From a bacterium (GTDB lineage Bacteria > Bacillota > Clostridia > Oscillospirales > CAG-382): a DNA stretch of 64,000 nucleotides. How positions within the stretch are numbered: position 1 is the stretch's first letter; the number at the start of each line of letters is the position of its first letter. Below, piece after piece: positions 17,631 through 26,008 of this stretch. The stretch spans positions 70,150 to 134,149 of the forward strand of contig CAVLDN010000001.1 of NCBI GenBank assembly GCA_963661975.1, written 5' to 3'. The position numbers and the translations under genes are program-made. The notes under the pieces were generated by a model. The model was not told the origin of the DNA. It was given only the letters and a program-made list of their open reading frames with translations, and made no database searches.

Positions 17631-20045
17631 ATGAAAAAAGGCATCTTGTGTATTCTTTTGTCGTTGATAATGCTTTTGCCGGTGCTTACTTCCTGCCAGA
17701 AGGAAGCCGATTTTTCGGAAACGGCAGCAAGCGTTTACACGCTCTACACCATCGTCGACGAAAGCACCACTGAGGAAGATATAATCAACGTTGAGCTCGC
17801 ACTCAACCGCATTATATATTATCGCCTTAACATGATTCTCAAGCTCGAAGCCGTCACCGAGGACGAATACGATGAGCTTATCGCAAAGCGTTTCGAAGAG
17901 CTTCAGCAGATCGAGGACGATAAAAAAACCAAAAAGGATGAATCGAGCAAAGCCAACACGCTTTTCTCCAACGCGGATGACAATTCCGAAGAGGAGATCA
18001 TGACCGGCGACAAGATACTTGACCTTCTTGCCGATGGTCAGGAGATACCGCTCGAAAATCCGCGGCTTGACATATTCCTTGTACGCGGCTACGACAATTA
18101 CTACGAGCTCGCCACCAACGACAAGCTCGCAGCTCTTGACGAAAAGCTGAACAACGAAGCCAAATCCCTCAAGTCCTCCATACACTCCACGCTGTTCACC
18201 GCAGCCAAGGTCAACAACAAGACCTACGGCATACCCGTAAACAATGCGATAGGCAATTACACCTATCTTGTTTTCGATAAGGAACTGCTTGAAAAATACG
18301 GTGTCGACCCCAACACCGTCAAATCGATGGAGGATCTCAACGATTACCTCCGCGATGTGAAGGACGGCGAAAAGAATGTCATTCCGCTTAAAAACACCTA
18401 CCCTTCCGCAAACATCGATTTTCTTTCCCGCGACGGCTTCCCCGCTATCGTAACTTCTTCCAAGTCCATTGTTCCCGCTTATGACAGCGATGAGTTCAAT
18501 TCCTACATTTCCATGATAACCCGCTACAGAGCGCTCGGTTATTTTGAAAGCGAAGAAGAATCCGACGATCCCGTTTATGCCGTCAGCATAGAAAGCGGCA
18601 ATATCGAGGATATCAAAGCGGAATACGAAAAGAGCGGCAGAGAGTGCGTTTACTCGCTCTACTCCAATCCTATCGCAACTAACGAAAACGCGATCAGCAA
18701 CATATTCTGCATTTCCAAATTTGTTGTTTCCAACGAGCTTACCGATGTTGCCAAGCTTATCACGGCGCTCAATACCGACGAGCAGCTCATGAACATACTC
18801 GCCTACGGCGTTGAAAATGTCAACTACACGCTCAACGAAAAAGGTCAGGTAGTTCCGCTTCGCGATAACACCTACAGCATCAAGCCCGAATACACCGGCA
18901 ACTGCTTCCTCACCTACACTCTCGCAACCGAGGATCCGGACAAATGGGCCAACGCCGTAAAGCAGAACCAGGATGCAAGACTTTCGCCTTCAGTCGGCTT
19001 CACTTCCTCGATCACATCTTATGTTTACACCGCAACCGATGAAAACGCGACAGAGGAACACCCCGCCGGCACGGAAGTCACCGTTTACGAGCCCGACTAT
19101 ATCGAGATCATAAACGGCATTGTCGAGAAATATTACCCTGCACTGATGGACGGCACGGCGCTTACGATTGATTACGCCGGCATGTATGCACAGGCGCAGG
19201 AAGCCGCTCACGCAGCAATACGCGAGGAAGTAGAAAACTACTACATTGAATACAGACTCAATCCCTCGTATCTCCAGAGCATACGCGATGCCTTTATCGC
19301 GCGCAACGGCAAGCAGATCGAAGCCGAAGCCAAAGAATCCGCAATGGAAACCATCAATTACGATGTCCGCCGCAAGCTCAGAAACGAATACAGCAAGCAG
19401 TGGATGGACGAGTTCAAGGAACAGAACCCCGATGCGAGCGAAAACGACGCTTACGCATACGTAGAAACCCGTCTTACCGATGAATTCGTTGCCGAACACG
19501 TCAGCAATTACTTCTCTGATGAAGACATTCAGGCGAATATCGACAACGAGTACGAAAGCATCCTCTCGGAACGCCTTGAATCAAGCCTCAGCACCGCTTA
19601 TGAAACGCCGGCATATATCGCACTGAAGAACCGCACACTGAATTCCGATGAATTCAAGAAGGATCTTGAGACACGCGAGAAGTATGACGGACCTGTCGAT
19701 ACTGACAAGGAATTCGACAGGCTCATAACCGAAGAGATCAAGAAGTACACCGGCGCGATGACCGAGGAAATGGGCGCTGCCATTGAAGAAGCGATGACCG
19801 GATTTGTTGCCGAATACAAGGATCTTCTCGGCAAAGACGAAAACGAGTTCTACTACGAGCTCGGCTACTACGACCGTACCGAAAAGGAATACGGCGAGGA
19901 TGAAAGCCAGCCCGTTGACGACAACGGCGACCCGATTGTCGAATACGATTATACCCCGAAATACGAAACCGCATTCGAATACGTGCTTCAGGAAAAGATC
20001 ACAAATGTTTATTACAAGATCTTCGGCACGCCCGACGGCAACTGA
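17631..20045 (+). CDS. large lipoprotein, extracellular solute-binding-protein-like N-terminal two thirds plus an acidic helical C-terminal region
   Basis: Start moved to the ATG at 17631 (AGGAGG SD). Lipoprotein signal MKKGILCILLSLIMLLPVLTSC. NNKTYGIPVNNAIGNYTYLVFDKELLEKYGV resembles large family-1 SBPs. Confidence 0.7.
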   Translation: MKKGILCILLSLIMLLPVLTSCQKEADFSETAASVYTLYTIVDESTTEEDIINVELALNRIIYYRLNMILKLEAVTEDEYDELIAKRFEELQQIEDDKKTKKDESSKANTLFSNADDNSEEEIMTGDKILDLLADGQEIPLENPRLDIFLVRGYDNYYELATNDKLAALDEKLNNEAKSLKSSIHSTLFTAAKVNNKTYGIPVNNAIGNYTYLVFDKELLEKYGVDPNTVKSMEDLNDYLRDVKDGEKNVIPLKNTYPSANIDFLSRDGFPAIVTSSKSIVPAYDSDEFNSYISMITRYRALGYFESEEESDDPVYAVSIESGNIEDIKAEYEKSGRECVYSLYSNPIATNENAISNIFCISKFVVSNELTDVAKLITALNTDEQLMNILAYGVENVNYTLNEKGQVVPLRDNTYSIKPEYTGNCFLTYTLATEDPDKWANAVKQNQDARLSPSVGFTSSITSYVYTATDENATEEHPAGTEVTVYEPDYIEIINGIVEKYYPALMDGTALTIDYAGMYAQAQEAAHAAIREEVENYYIEYRLNPSYLQSIRDAFIARNGKQIEAEAKESAMETINYDVRRKLRNEYSKQWMDEFKEQNPDASENDAYAYVETRLTDEFVAEHVSNYFSDEDIQANIDNEYESILSERLESSLSTAYETPAYIALKNRTLNSDEFKKDLETREKYDGPVDTDKEFDRLITEEIKKYTGAMTEEMGAAIEEAMTGFVAEYKDLLGKDENEFYYELGYYDRTEKEYGEDESQPVDDNGDPIVEYDYTPKYETAFEYVLQEKITNVYYKIFGTPDGN

Positions 20046-20064
20046 TATTTCACGGCAAACAAAG

Positions 20065-20099
20065 CAGGCACACCTTTTCGGGTGTGCCTGTTGTTTTTT
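20065..20099 (+). terminator. intrinsic terminator after the lipoprotein gene
   Basis: CAGGCACACC/GGTGTGCCTG 10-bp stem, then a T-run. Confidence 0.85.
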
Positions 20100-20123
20100 G
20101 TACGGCAATTGTTATTCCGCACA

Positions 20124-20283
20124 GACAGCAAAAAACCGCCCGGCGGGCGGTCTTTTGCCTGAAAGGAAAACTGTTTTTCAATAGGGGGGGATAACATGAA
20201 AAACGGTAAGAGGAGAATCTTTGATGTACCTTACGCTTATCATTATATCCGTTATACTTAAAACAACCTTTAATCAACCGAAG
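20124..20283. repeat. direct repeat copy 1 (125-nt near-identical core at 20124-20248 plus a ~35-nt diverged tail)
   Basis: Hand alignment with 20335-20457 gives 122 identical positions in 125 columns (two 1-nt indels in the G-run region and one C/T change). Confidence 0.9.
20125..20235 (-). ncRNA. candidate ~110-nt antisense/small RNA, copy 1
   Basis: On the minus strand, TATAAT (20247-20242) lies exactly at the edge of the conserved core. The stretch also carries a C7 run and a terminator hairpin (20151-20135) followed by U6. Hypothetical. Confidence 0.3.
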
Positions 20284-20331
20284 TTATGGCAACATGCAAA
20301 ATACGGAAGCAACTGTGAATCGGCGCCTTGA
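20224..20331 (+). CDS. candidate 35-aa peptide (MYLTLIIISVILKTTFNQPKLWQHAKYGSNCESAP)
   Basis: AGGAGA SD lies 7 nt upstream of the ATG. A paralogous in-frame ORF occurs in copy 2. The hydrophobic stretch is short. Hypothetical. Confidence 0.25.
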   Translation: MYLTLIIISVILKTTFNQPKLWQHAKYGSNCESAP

Positions 20332-20334
20332 ACG

Positions 20335-20492
20335 GACAGCAAAAAACCGCCCGGCGGGCGGTCTTTTGCCTGAAAGGAAAACTGTTTTTCAATGGGGGGA
20401 TAATATGAAAAACGGTAAGAGGAGAATCTTTGATGTACCTTACGCTTATCATTATATTCCGAATGCTTAAAGCAATCTTTAATCGCCGAAAT
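20335..20492. repeat. direct repeat copy 2 (core at 20335-20457 plus a diverged tail)
   Basis: See copy 1. The two copies are offset by 211/209 nt. Confidence 0.9.
20336..20444 (-). ncRNA. candidate ~110-nt antisense/small RNA, copy 2
   Basis: Same elements as copy 1: TATAAT at 20456-20451, a C6 run, and a hairpin followed by U6. Confidence 0.3.
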
Positions 20493-20531
20493 ATCTTCTT
20501 TTATCTTTCCAGCGCAATACGAAGCAGGTAA
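20433..20531 (+). CDS. candidate 32-aa peptide (MYLTLIIIFRMLKAIFNRRNIFFYLSSAIRSR)
   Basis: Same SD and start as copy 1. The 3' end overlaps the convergent gene by 31 nt. Hypothetical. Confidence 0.2.
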   Translation: MYLTLIIIFRMLKAIFNRRNIFFYLSSAIRSR

Positions 20532-21487
20532 ACTATCAGGGCGATGAGCACCCCCGCCGCCAACAGGCGCGGCACAAGCATCATATTACGGCGTTCACGA
20601 CGTTTTTCCGCCTCGGCGACATTGTGCATGGCTTTCTCGTATGCTTCGATTTTGGCGCGCGTTTCCGCCTCGTTTTCAAGGAATCGGTTTTGTTTGAAAT
20701 CCGTCTTATCGTGCAGAGTGACCTCACGCGGATCGGAAACAAGCCGCTTCTTTTCCTCGCTGATGGCAGAGGTTGTCATCAATTCCGAAAGCACCGCCTT
20801 TTCCCTGCCGCACTTTTCGCAAACGGCGGCGGTTTCCGGGTTCTTGTTTCCGCAGCAGCAAAGCCATGCTTTTTCATTGAAGCTTGGCATAACAACGGTG
20901 GGATAATAGGATTCGAACTTGTCGTAAACATTCACGCGGGTGTAGACGAGCTTGGATATATTATCAAGATCTTTGTACCTTTCCGCATTGCCGGCAACGG
21001 TGATTACCGGTTCTTCGGATGTACCGTCGGCATAAATGACCTTGCACAAAACGATATCATACTTGCTGAAATAGGTTTCGGGAATCGGGATATACACGCA
21101 TGAGCCGAAGCATTCGCTGCGTTCCACAGACGCTTTCCGATTTGAATCGCGCAGCCGCAGTTGGCGGCCGTTCTTTGAAATAATCCCGAAATTGAGGTAT
21201 TCACGGCAATAGGAAAAATGTATGTGCGTATACGGAATATTGGCGTTCCGATACAGATCAAGCCGGATATCCAGCCTTGTTATCGGCTTTTCGGATACAT
21301 TCTTGAAAATGAAGGAAGCGAATATCTCGGTCGTTTCGCGGTCGGTAAGTATATAACTTTCCGTGAGCTCGACCGGACTGTTCAACAACACAAAAGGATA
21401 ATCGGTATATTTCACCACGCGCAGCGAACGAAGGCGATCCATCCGTTGACGCTTTATGTATTCCTTTGCAGGCTTCTCCTGCTTCAC
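20501..21487 (-). CDS. hypothetical tail-anchored protein with an internal zinc ribbon
   Basis: The track ORF overlaps the upstream gene. The likely start is GTG at 21487, after AAAGGAG placed right behind the upstream stop (ATG at 21442 is an alternative). Features: CCCGNKNPETAAVCEKCG, a coiled-coil-like KIEAYEKAMHNVAEAEKRRERR, and a C-terminal TM segment LLAAGVLIALIVYLL. Confidence 0.65.
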   Translation of the reverse strand: MKQEKPAKEYIKRQRMDRLRSLRVVKYTDYPFVLLNSPVELTESYILTDRETTEIFASFIFKNVSEKPITRLDIRLDLYRNANIPYTHIHFSYCREYLNFGIISKNGRQLRLRDSNRKASVERSECFGSCVYIPIPETYFSKYDIVLCKVIYADGTSEEPVITVAGNAERYKDLDNISKLVYTRVNVYDKFESYYPTVVMPSFNEKAWLCCCGNKNPETAAVCEKCGREKAVLSELMTTSAISEEKKRLVSDPREVTLHDKTDFKQNRFLENEAETRAKIEAYEKAMHNVAEAEKRRERRNMMLVPRLLAAGVLIALIVYLLRIALER

Positions 21488-21512
21488 TTTTCTCACCACT
21501 CCTTTAATCAGT

Positions 21513-22316
21513 TCAATACAAGAAATAATCCTCCGGATCCGCAAGAATCCCCTTGCGGGTATATGCATCTGTCCAGTCAAAGGGAGTTCCGTCGGGGTTA
21601 TGCAGATTACATCCCTGCGCATACTCAATGCGCTTGTAGGAAACCGAAAGTTCGAACGGTGTAGGCAATGTAAACTCGCGCATTTCATCCATGCGCGTAT
21701 ATGCACGCGTGACGGCGGCATAAATATCATCGCACACCGCATCCGGATGGCGGCTTATGCAGCTGTTCCAGGCAAGTGCTTCTTTCGTAACAACGGTTTC
21801 CGCCCAGGGGAAGCTTTCGGTAGCCTGCGAAACGCAGATATCATCGGATGAAACGAACATCGTTTTTACCCCACGCTTGCCCGCAATAGCGGCATCAAGC
21901 TGCAATTCTCCTACCGGCTTTCCGTTTATAAGGTGGCTTGTGAATGTAGAGGAGGAATAGACATGAGCGAGCGTGGCTTTCGGCACATCGTATGCGTGGT
22001 ATCCGATGAAGAGGACACCGTCGAACGAACTGTCCATTCCCGGGAAGCGAACACGGCTCCCCGCGCCGATTGCGATACGCACACGCTTATCCAGCATGGC
22101 ATATTTGAGGTTCACACCTGTCCCGTGGCAATCCCACACGATAACATCGCTTGCTCCGTTATCGAAAAGCGCATTTACGGCGGCGGCAGCCTCACGCGTG
22201 CCCTGCAGGGCGGCAAAATCATAATCCGGGCTGTCCGCAAGACCGCGGCCGTATGAGCCGACAACGCAGGCAAGCCCTTCGAGATCGACGGCAACAACAA
22301 ATTTTTCGTTCATCAT
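21513..22316 (-). CDS. peptidase M55 family D-aminopeptidase (DppA-like)
   Basis: 267 aa, FVVAVDLEGLACVVG...VIVWDCHG...GYHAY, typical of M55/DppA. Confidence 0.8.
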   Translation of the reverse strand: MMNEKFVVAVDLEGLACVVGSYGRGLADSPDYDFAALQGTREAAAAVNALFDNGASDVIVWDCHGTGVNLKYAMLDKRVRIAIGAGSRVRFPGMDSSFDGVLFIGYHAYDVPKATLAHVYSSSTFTSHLINGKPVGELQLDAAIAGKRGVKTMFVSSDDICVSQATESFPWAETVVTKEALAWNSCISRHPDAVCDDIYAAVTRAYTRMDEMREFTLPTPFELSVSYKRIEYAQGCNLHNPDGTPFDWTDAYTRKGILADPEDYFLY

Positions 22317-22664
22317 AACTCTCCTATTGAAAACAAGATGCGTTTGTAGTACAATTCCTTATGTATCGTAAAAAAGCCTTTTTTCTTCGCGAGCTTTATC
22401 AACCCGAAGCGGTGGCACACATAACCGCGCCGACGGCACGATACGGCACTTGATAAGCGCGTATTCGGGTGTGCTGTATATAAATGCTCTGCCGAGCGAA
22501 TACCCTGCGACCGTTATCACCGCACCGATGAAAAAAGCCGAAAAACCGAGAACGATATTGACTGCCATGAACATAGCGGCAATGCAAATCCGCAAGGTGA
22601 AATTTTCAGCCGTGTTTTTTCATGATGACCTGATAAACCTATTATTTGATGATCGGAGAATATA

Positions 22665-23444
22665 ATGGAAAAAGAAAAATTGAGCGGCATACGCCTGTTT
22701 GTGCTTGATATGGACGGCACGATATACCTCGGCGAAAAGGTTTTGCCGGGCGCGATCGAATTTGTGAAAACAGCGCGGGAACGCGGCAAAAAAGTCGTTT
22801 TCTTCACGAACAATGCTTCACGCAACCCGAACGATTACGTGGAAAAGCTTTCACGGCTCGGGTTCGGCGCGGCACGCGAGGATATTGTCACCGCGGGCGA
22901 TGTCACGATAGACTTTCTGAAACGGTTCAGACCGGGAAAGAGCGTTTACCTTGTCGGCACACCGGCGCTCGAACATTCATTCAGGGAATCGGGAATATGC
23001 ATTTCGGAGAATTCCGACATTGTCGTGACCTCTTTTGATACAACGCTCACCTACGAAAAGCTCGTAATCGCCTGCGATCTGATTCGAGGCGGTGCGGAGT
23101 TCCTGTGCACCCACCCGGATTTCAACTGCCCGACGGAGAAAGGATTTATCCCCGACAGCGGCGCAATCGCGGCGCTTGTAACCGCCTCCACCGGTGTAAA
23201 GCCGAAGTATTTCGGCAAGCCGTATAAGGAAACGGCGGACATGATTTCGCACCTTTTCGGTGTGCCTTTTTCGGAAACGGCTATCGTCGGCGACAGACTT
23301 TATACCGATATCGCGCTCGGGCGAAACAACGGGCTGATGTCCGTACTCGTGCTTTCGGGTGAAACAAAGCCCGAAGATGTGAACGAAACAAACGCGCCCG
23401 ATATCACGCTCGGCGGGATCGGCGAGATCATACCTTATCTGTAA
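22665..23444 (+). CDS. HAD-IIA family hydrolase (NagD-like sugar phosphatase)
   Basis: 259 aa, FVLDMDGTIYLG, FFTNNASR, GDRLYTDI. Confidence 0.88.
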   Translation: MEKEKLSGIRLFVLDMDGTIYLGEKVLPGAIEFVKTARERGKKVVFFTNNASRNPNDYVEKLSRLGFGAAREDIVTAGDVTIDFLKRFRPGKSVYLVGTPALEHSFRESGICISENSDIVVTSFDTTLTYEKLVIACDLIRGGAEFLCTHPDFNCPTEKGFIPDSGAIAALVTASTGVKPKYFGKPYKETADMISHLFGVPFSETAIVGDRLYTDIALGRNNGLMSVLVLSGETKPEDVNETNAPDITLGGIGEIIPYL

Positions 23445-24723
23445 AATACCCGAGCTTGATCCCGTTTACCGATTCGCCGCGCGGCACGGTCACGACCACG
23501 CCGAAGCAGCGCTCCGGTATCACGGAAAGCGAAACATAATCGAGGCTTTCGCCGCAAAGCCGATATATTGTATTTTCGGTATTCTCCCCAAGCGGGAGAA
23601 TACTTTTTATTATGCCCGCGCGGGTTCGGTCCGCAAGATAATATTCAAGCTGAGCGAGATGTGCCTGATCCGGCATGCCGCCGCCGTCCGTGCGGACTTT
23701 AAGAAGATATACATAATCGCCGTCGCAGCAGTTCGGGCGCGGGACCGCAATGGTGCTTTCGCCCTCCGGGATAAACACCGCGCGGATCGGAAGATACCTT
23801 GCCGCAAGCACGGCATTGAAATAGCCGAGTGCGCGTGCGCATACCGATTCCAACCCGCCTGCAAGCGAAAATCTGAGATAATTTCCGCTCTCCACGGCGG
23901 TGCAGCAGGTATATGCACAGACGGCACGGTATGTCGAAATATAATCGTCGTAGTTGTCGCCGCCAAGCGCAACGGCGGTTTTTTCCGCCGAAAAGACGGT
24001 AGTTATCGGTGCGCTTGCACCGACAGTGCCGCTTTCAAGGATGCTGATTATCCCCGTTCCCACAATGCTGCCACATTTTTTTGCATCGAAACCGCGCAAA
24101 TTGCACTTTTTAGAAAGCCTTTCCGCTTTCCTGCGCGGAGCGAGGATGTAGCGTTTCGACTCACATTTCGCTATGCTGCCGCCCGCTGCCTCAATATCGA
24201 ACAGGATACCGTTGTGCACCGAAAAAAGCGAATAGACACCCTGGACGGAATATTTCATTATCGAAGCGGGAATATACTGCCCGTCCGGCGCATCGAAGCA
24301 ATAAATATCGGTATCGGCATATTCGTACATACTTCTGCGTTTCAACAGTGATTCCGCGGCAGTGATGATGTCGATCGGGCGGAACGATTCCCCAACCCCG
24401 ACATTATTTATAAAAGCGGAAAAAGCATCCCGCAAGCGCGTATCGCTTATATTCACCTCATATATCGGCGTGAACAGAACGCTTGCTTTGCCGGAATGAA
24501 GGCTTTCCAAAAACAATCCGCTCTTTCCCTCGCCGAACGGGTGCAGCTGAATTCGCTCCCCTTCATCCGCCTGCACATCCTGTTCGGTTTCCGGCTGTGC
24601 CTGCTGCACTTCCGGCTGCATTTCCGGCTGAGTTTCGGTTTGAGATTCCGATTCGGGGGCAGACTCCGACGGTTTGCCCTCCGGGGATGTGTTATAAGAA
24701 ATATCTTTGTTTTCTTCGTTCAT
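23428..24723 (-). CDS. hypothetical protein with a Glu/Gln/Pro-rich N-terminus
   Basis: Start moved to the ATG at 24723 (AAAGGAGA SD, 4 nt after the mtaB stop). The N-terminal 60 aa is low-complexity (SESAPESESQTETQPEMQPEVQQAQPETEQ). The rest has no motif I can name with confidence, though the C-terminal part is vaguely PurM/PurL-like. Confidence 0.6.
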   Translation of the reverse strand: MNEENKDISYNTSPEGKPSESAPESESQTETQPEMQPEVQQAQPETEQDVQADEGERIQLHPFGEGKSGLFLESLHSGKASVLFTPIYEVNISDTRLRDAFSAFINNVGVGESFRPIDIITAAESLLKRRSMYEYADTDIYCFDAPDGQYIPASIMKYSVQGVYSLFSVHNGILFDIEAAGGSIAKCESKRYILAPRRKAERLSKKCNLRGFDAKKCGSIVGTGIISILESGTVGASAPITTVFSAEKTAVALGGDNYDDYISTYRAVCAYTCCTAVESGNYLRFSLAGGLESVCARALGYFNAVLAARYLPIRAVFIPEGESTIAVPRPNCCDGDYVYLLKVRTDGGGMPDQAHLAQLEYYLADRTRAGIIKSILPLGENTENTIYRLCGESLDYVSLSVIPERCFGVVVTVPRGESVNGIKLGYFTDKV

Positions 24724-24727
24724 TTGA

Positions 24728-26008
24728 TCATTCTCCTTTTTCTGCTTTGCAAACAAGGCTCCCGTTCTCCGCAAAAACGGCTTTTGCCGTGACGATATCG
24801 CCGACAGACGCATTATCCGAAGCAAATTTCGCCTCCGCATAACATTCGGTGTGGCCGTATGCCGTTCCGGAAACGCATTTTTCCACAAGTATCTTCACAT
24901 CGCTCCCGACCATGCCGGAAAGAAGGTGTGACTTAATTGCCCCGGATGCTTTGATAAGCCTTGTATTGCGGGCGCTTCGCTCCGCAGGCGGAATACTTCC
25001 GTCCATCGCCGCGGCAGGTGTCCCGGGGCGTTCCGAATACGGGAAGGAATGGACATGGAATATTTCAAGCCGCTCGACTGCATGAAGCGTTTCGAGAAAA
25101 TTTTCTTCCGTTTCGCCCGGGAAGCCGACGATGATATCCGCGGATATGAAGCAACCGGGAATATGCTTACGCGCCGCCGCAATGCGTTCAAAGACAAACT
25201 CCTTTGTATAGGGGCGGCACATTCGTTCAAGCACGCTGTTGCAAAGTGATTGTATCGAAATATGCAGGTGCGGCATGAATTGCGGGCATTGCGCGACCGT
25301 TTCCAAAAATTTTTCGCTCAATATACCGGGCGATAGCGAGCCGAGTCGCAGGCGCCGCAGGCCGGGCACGGCGCAAACCCGTTTTACAAGCTCGTACAGC
25401 GGGACGGAATTATAAGCCGCAACCTCGATTCCGGTAAGAATGATCTCCTTATAGCCTGCGGCGACAAGCCGTTCCGCCTCCGCAACGACCTCATCCGCAT
25501 GGCGGGAGCGAACGCTTCCGCGGCATTTCGGAATAATGCAATAGCTGCATTTGCCGTTGCATCCGTCCTGTATTTTTATATACCCGCGGCATTCGGAAAA
25601 AAGTATTTCACTGCCGCTGATGTGCATATCCTCATACGGAGCACCCGAAAGACTGCATACGCAATCGTGCAGGAGGCCGTCATCGTTGATTATTGCCTCG
25701 ATCGCACGGGCTTTATCGCGGCACCCGCCGTTGAAAATAATGTTTTTTTCGCCTGATATCGTCTTGTTTATCTGCGAAGCGCAGCCGATGACCGCTACCC
25801 TGCCGCTTTTTGCGGCGCGGCGAATTATCTGGCAGCTTTTGCGTTCGCTTTCGGCGGTGACGGCACAGGTATTCACGATATAGTAATCGCAATCGCGGTC
25901 ATCCCCGCAGACATCAAAGCCGAGCTCCGAAAGCCTTTCGGCAAGCGCGGATGATTCATATTGATTCACGCGGCAGCCGAGTGTGATTATTCCGATTCTT
26001 TTTGCCAT
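24728..26008 (-). CDS. mtaB: tRNA (N6-threonylcarbamoyladenosine-37) methylthiotransferase MtaB
   Basis: 426 aa, MAKRIGIITLGCRVNQYES, radical-SAM CNGKCSYC, TRAM-like C-terminus. Confidence 0.88.
   Translation of the reverse strand: MAKRIGIITLGCRVNQYESSALAERLSELGFDVCGDDRDCDYYIVNTCAVTAESERKSCQIIRRAAKSGRVAVIGCASQINKTISGEKNIIFNGGCRDKARAIEAIINDDGLLHDCVCSLSGAPYEDMHISGSEILFSECRGYIKIQDGCNGKCSYCIIPKCRGSVRSRHADEVVAEAERLVAAGYKEIILTGIEVAAYNSVPLYELVKRVCAVPGLRRLRLGSLSPGILSEKFLETVAQCPQFMPHLHISIQSLCNSVLERMCRPYTKEFVFERIAAARKHIPGCFISADIIVGFPGETEENFLETLHAVERLEIFHVHSFPYSERPGTPAAAMDGSIPPAERSARNTRLIKASGAIKSHLLSGMVGSDVKILVEKCVSGTAYGHTECYAEAKFASDNASVGDIVTAKAVFAENGSLVCKAEKGE

Noticed and set aside
22359-22595. 78-aa minus-strand ORF with a TM-like N-terminus.
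   Set aside because: It has a TTG start, no SD before any candidate start, and an implausible C-terminal half. It is kept only as a note under findings.
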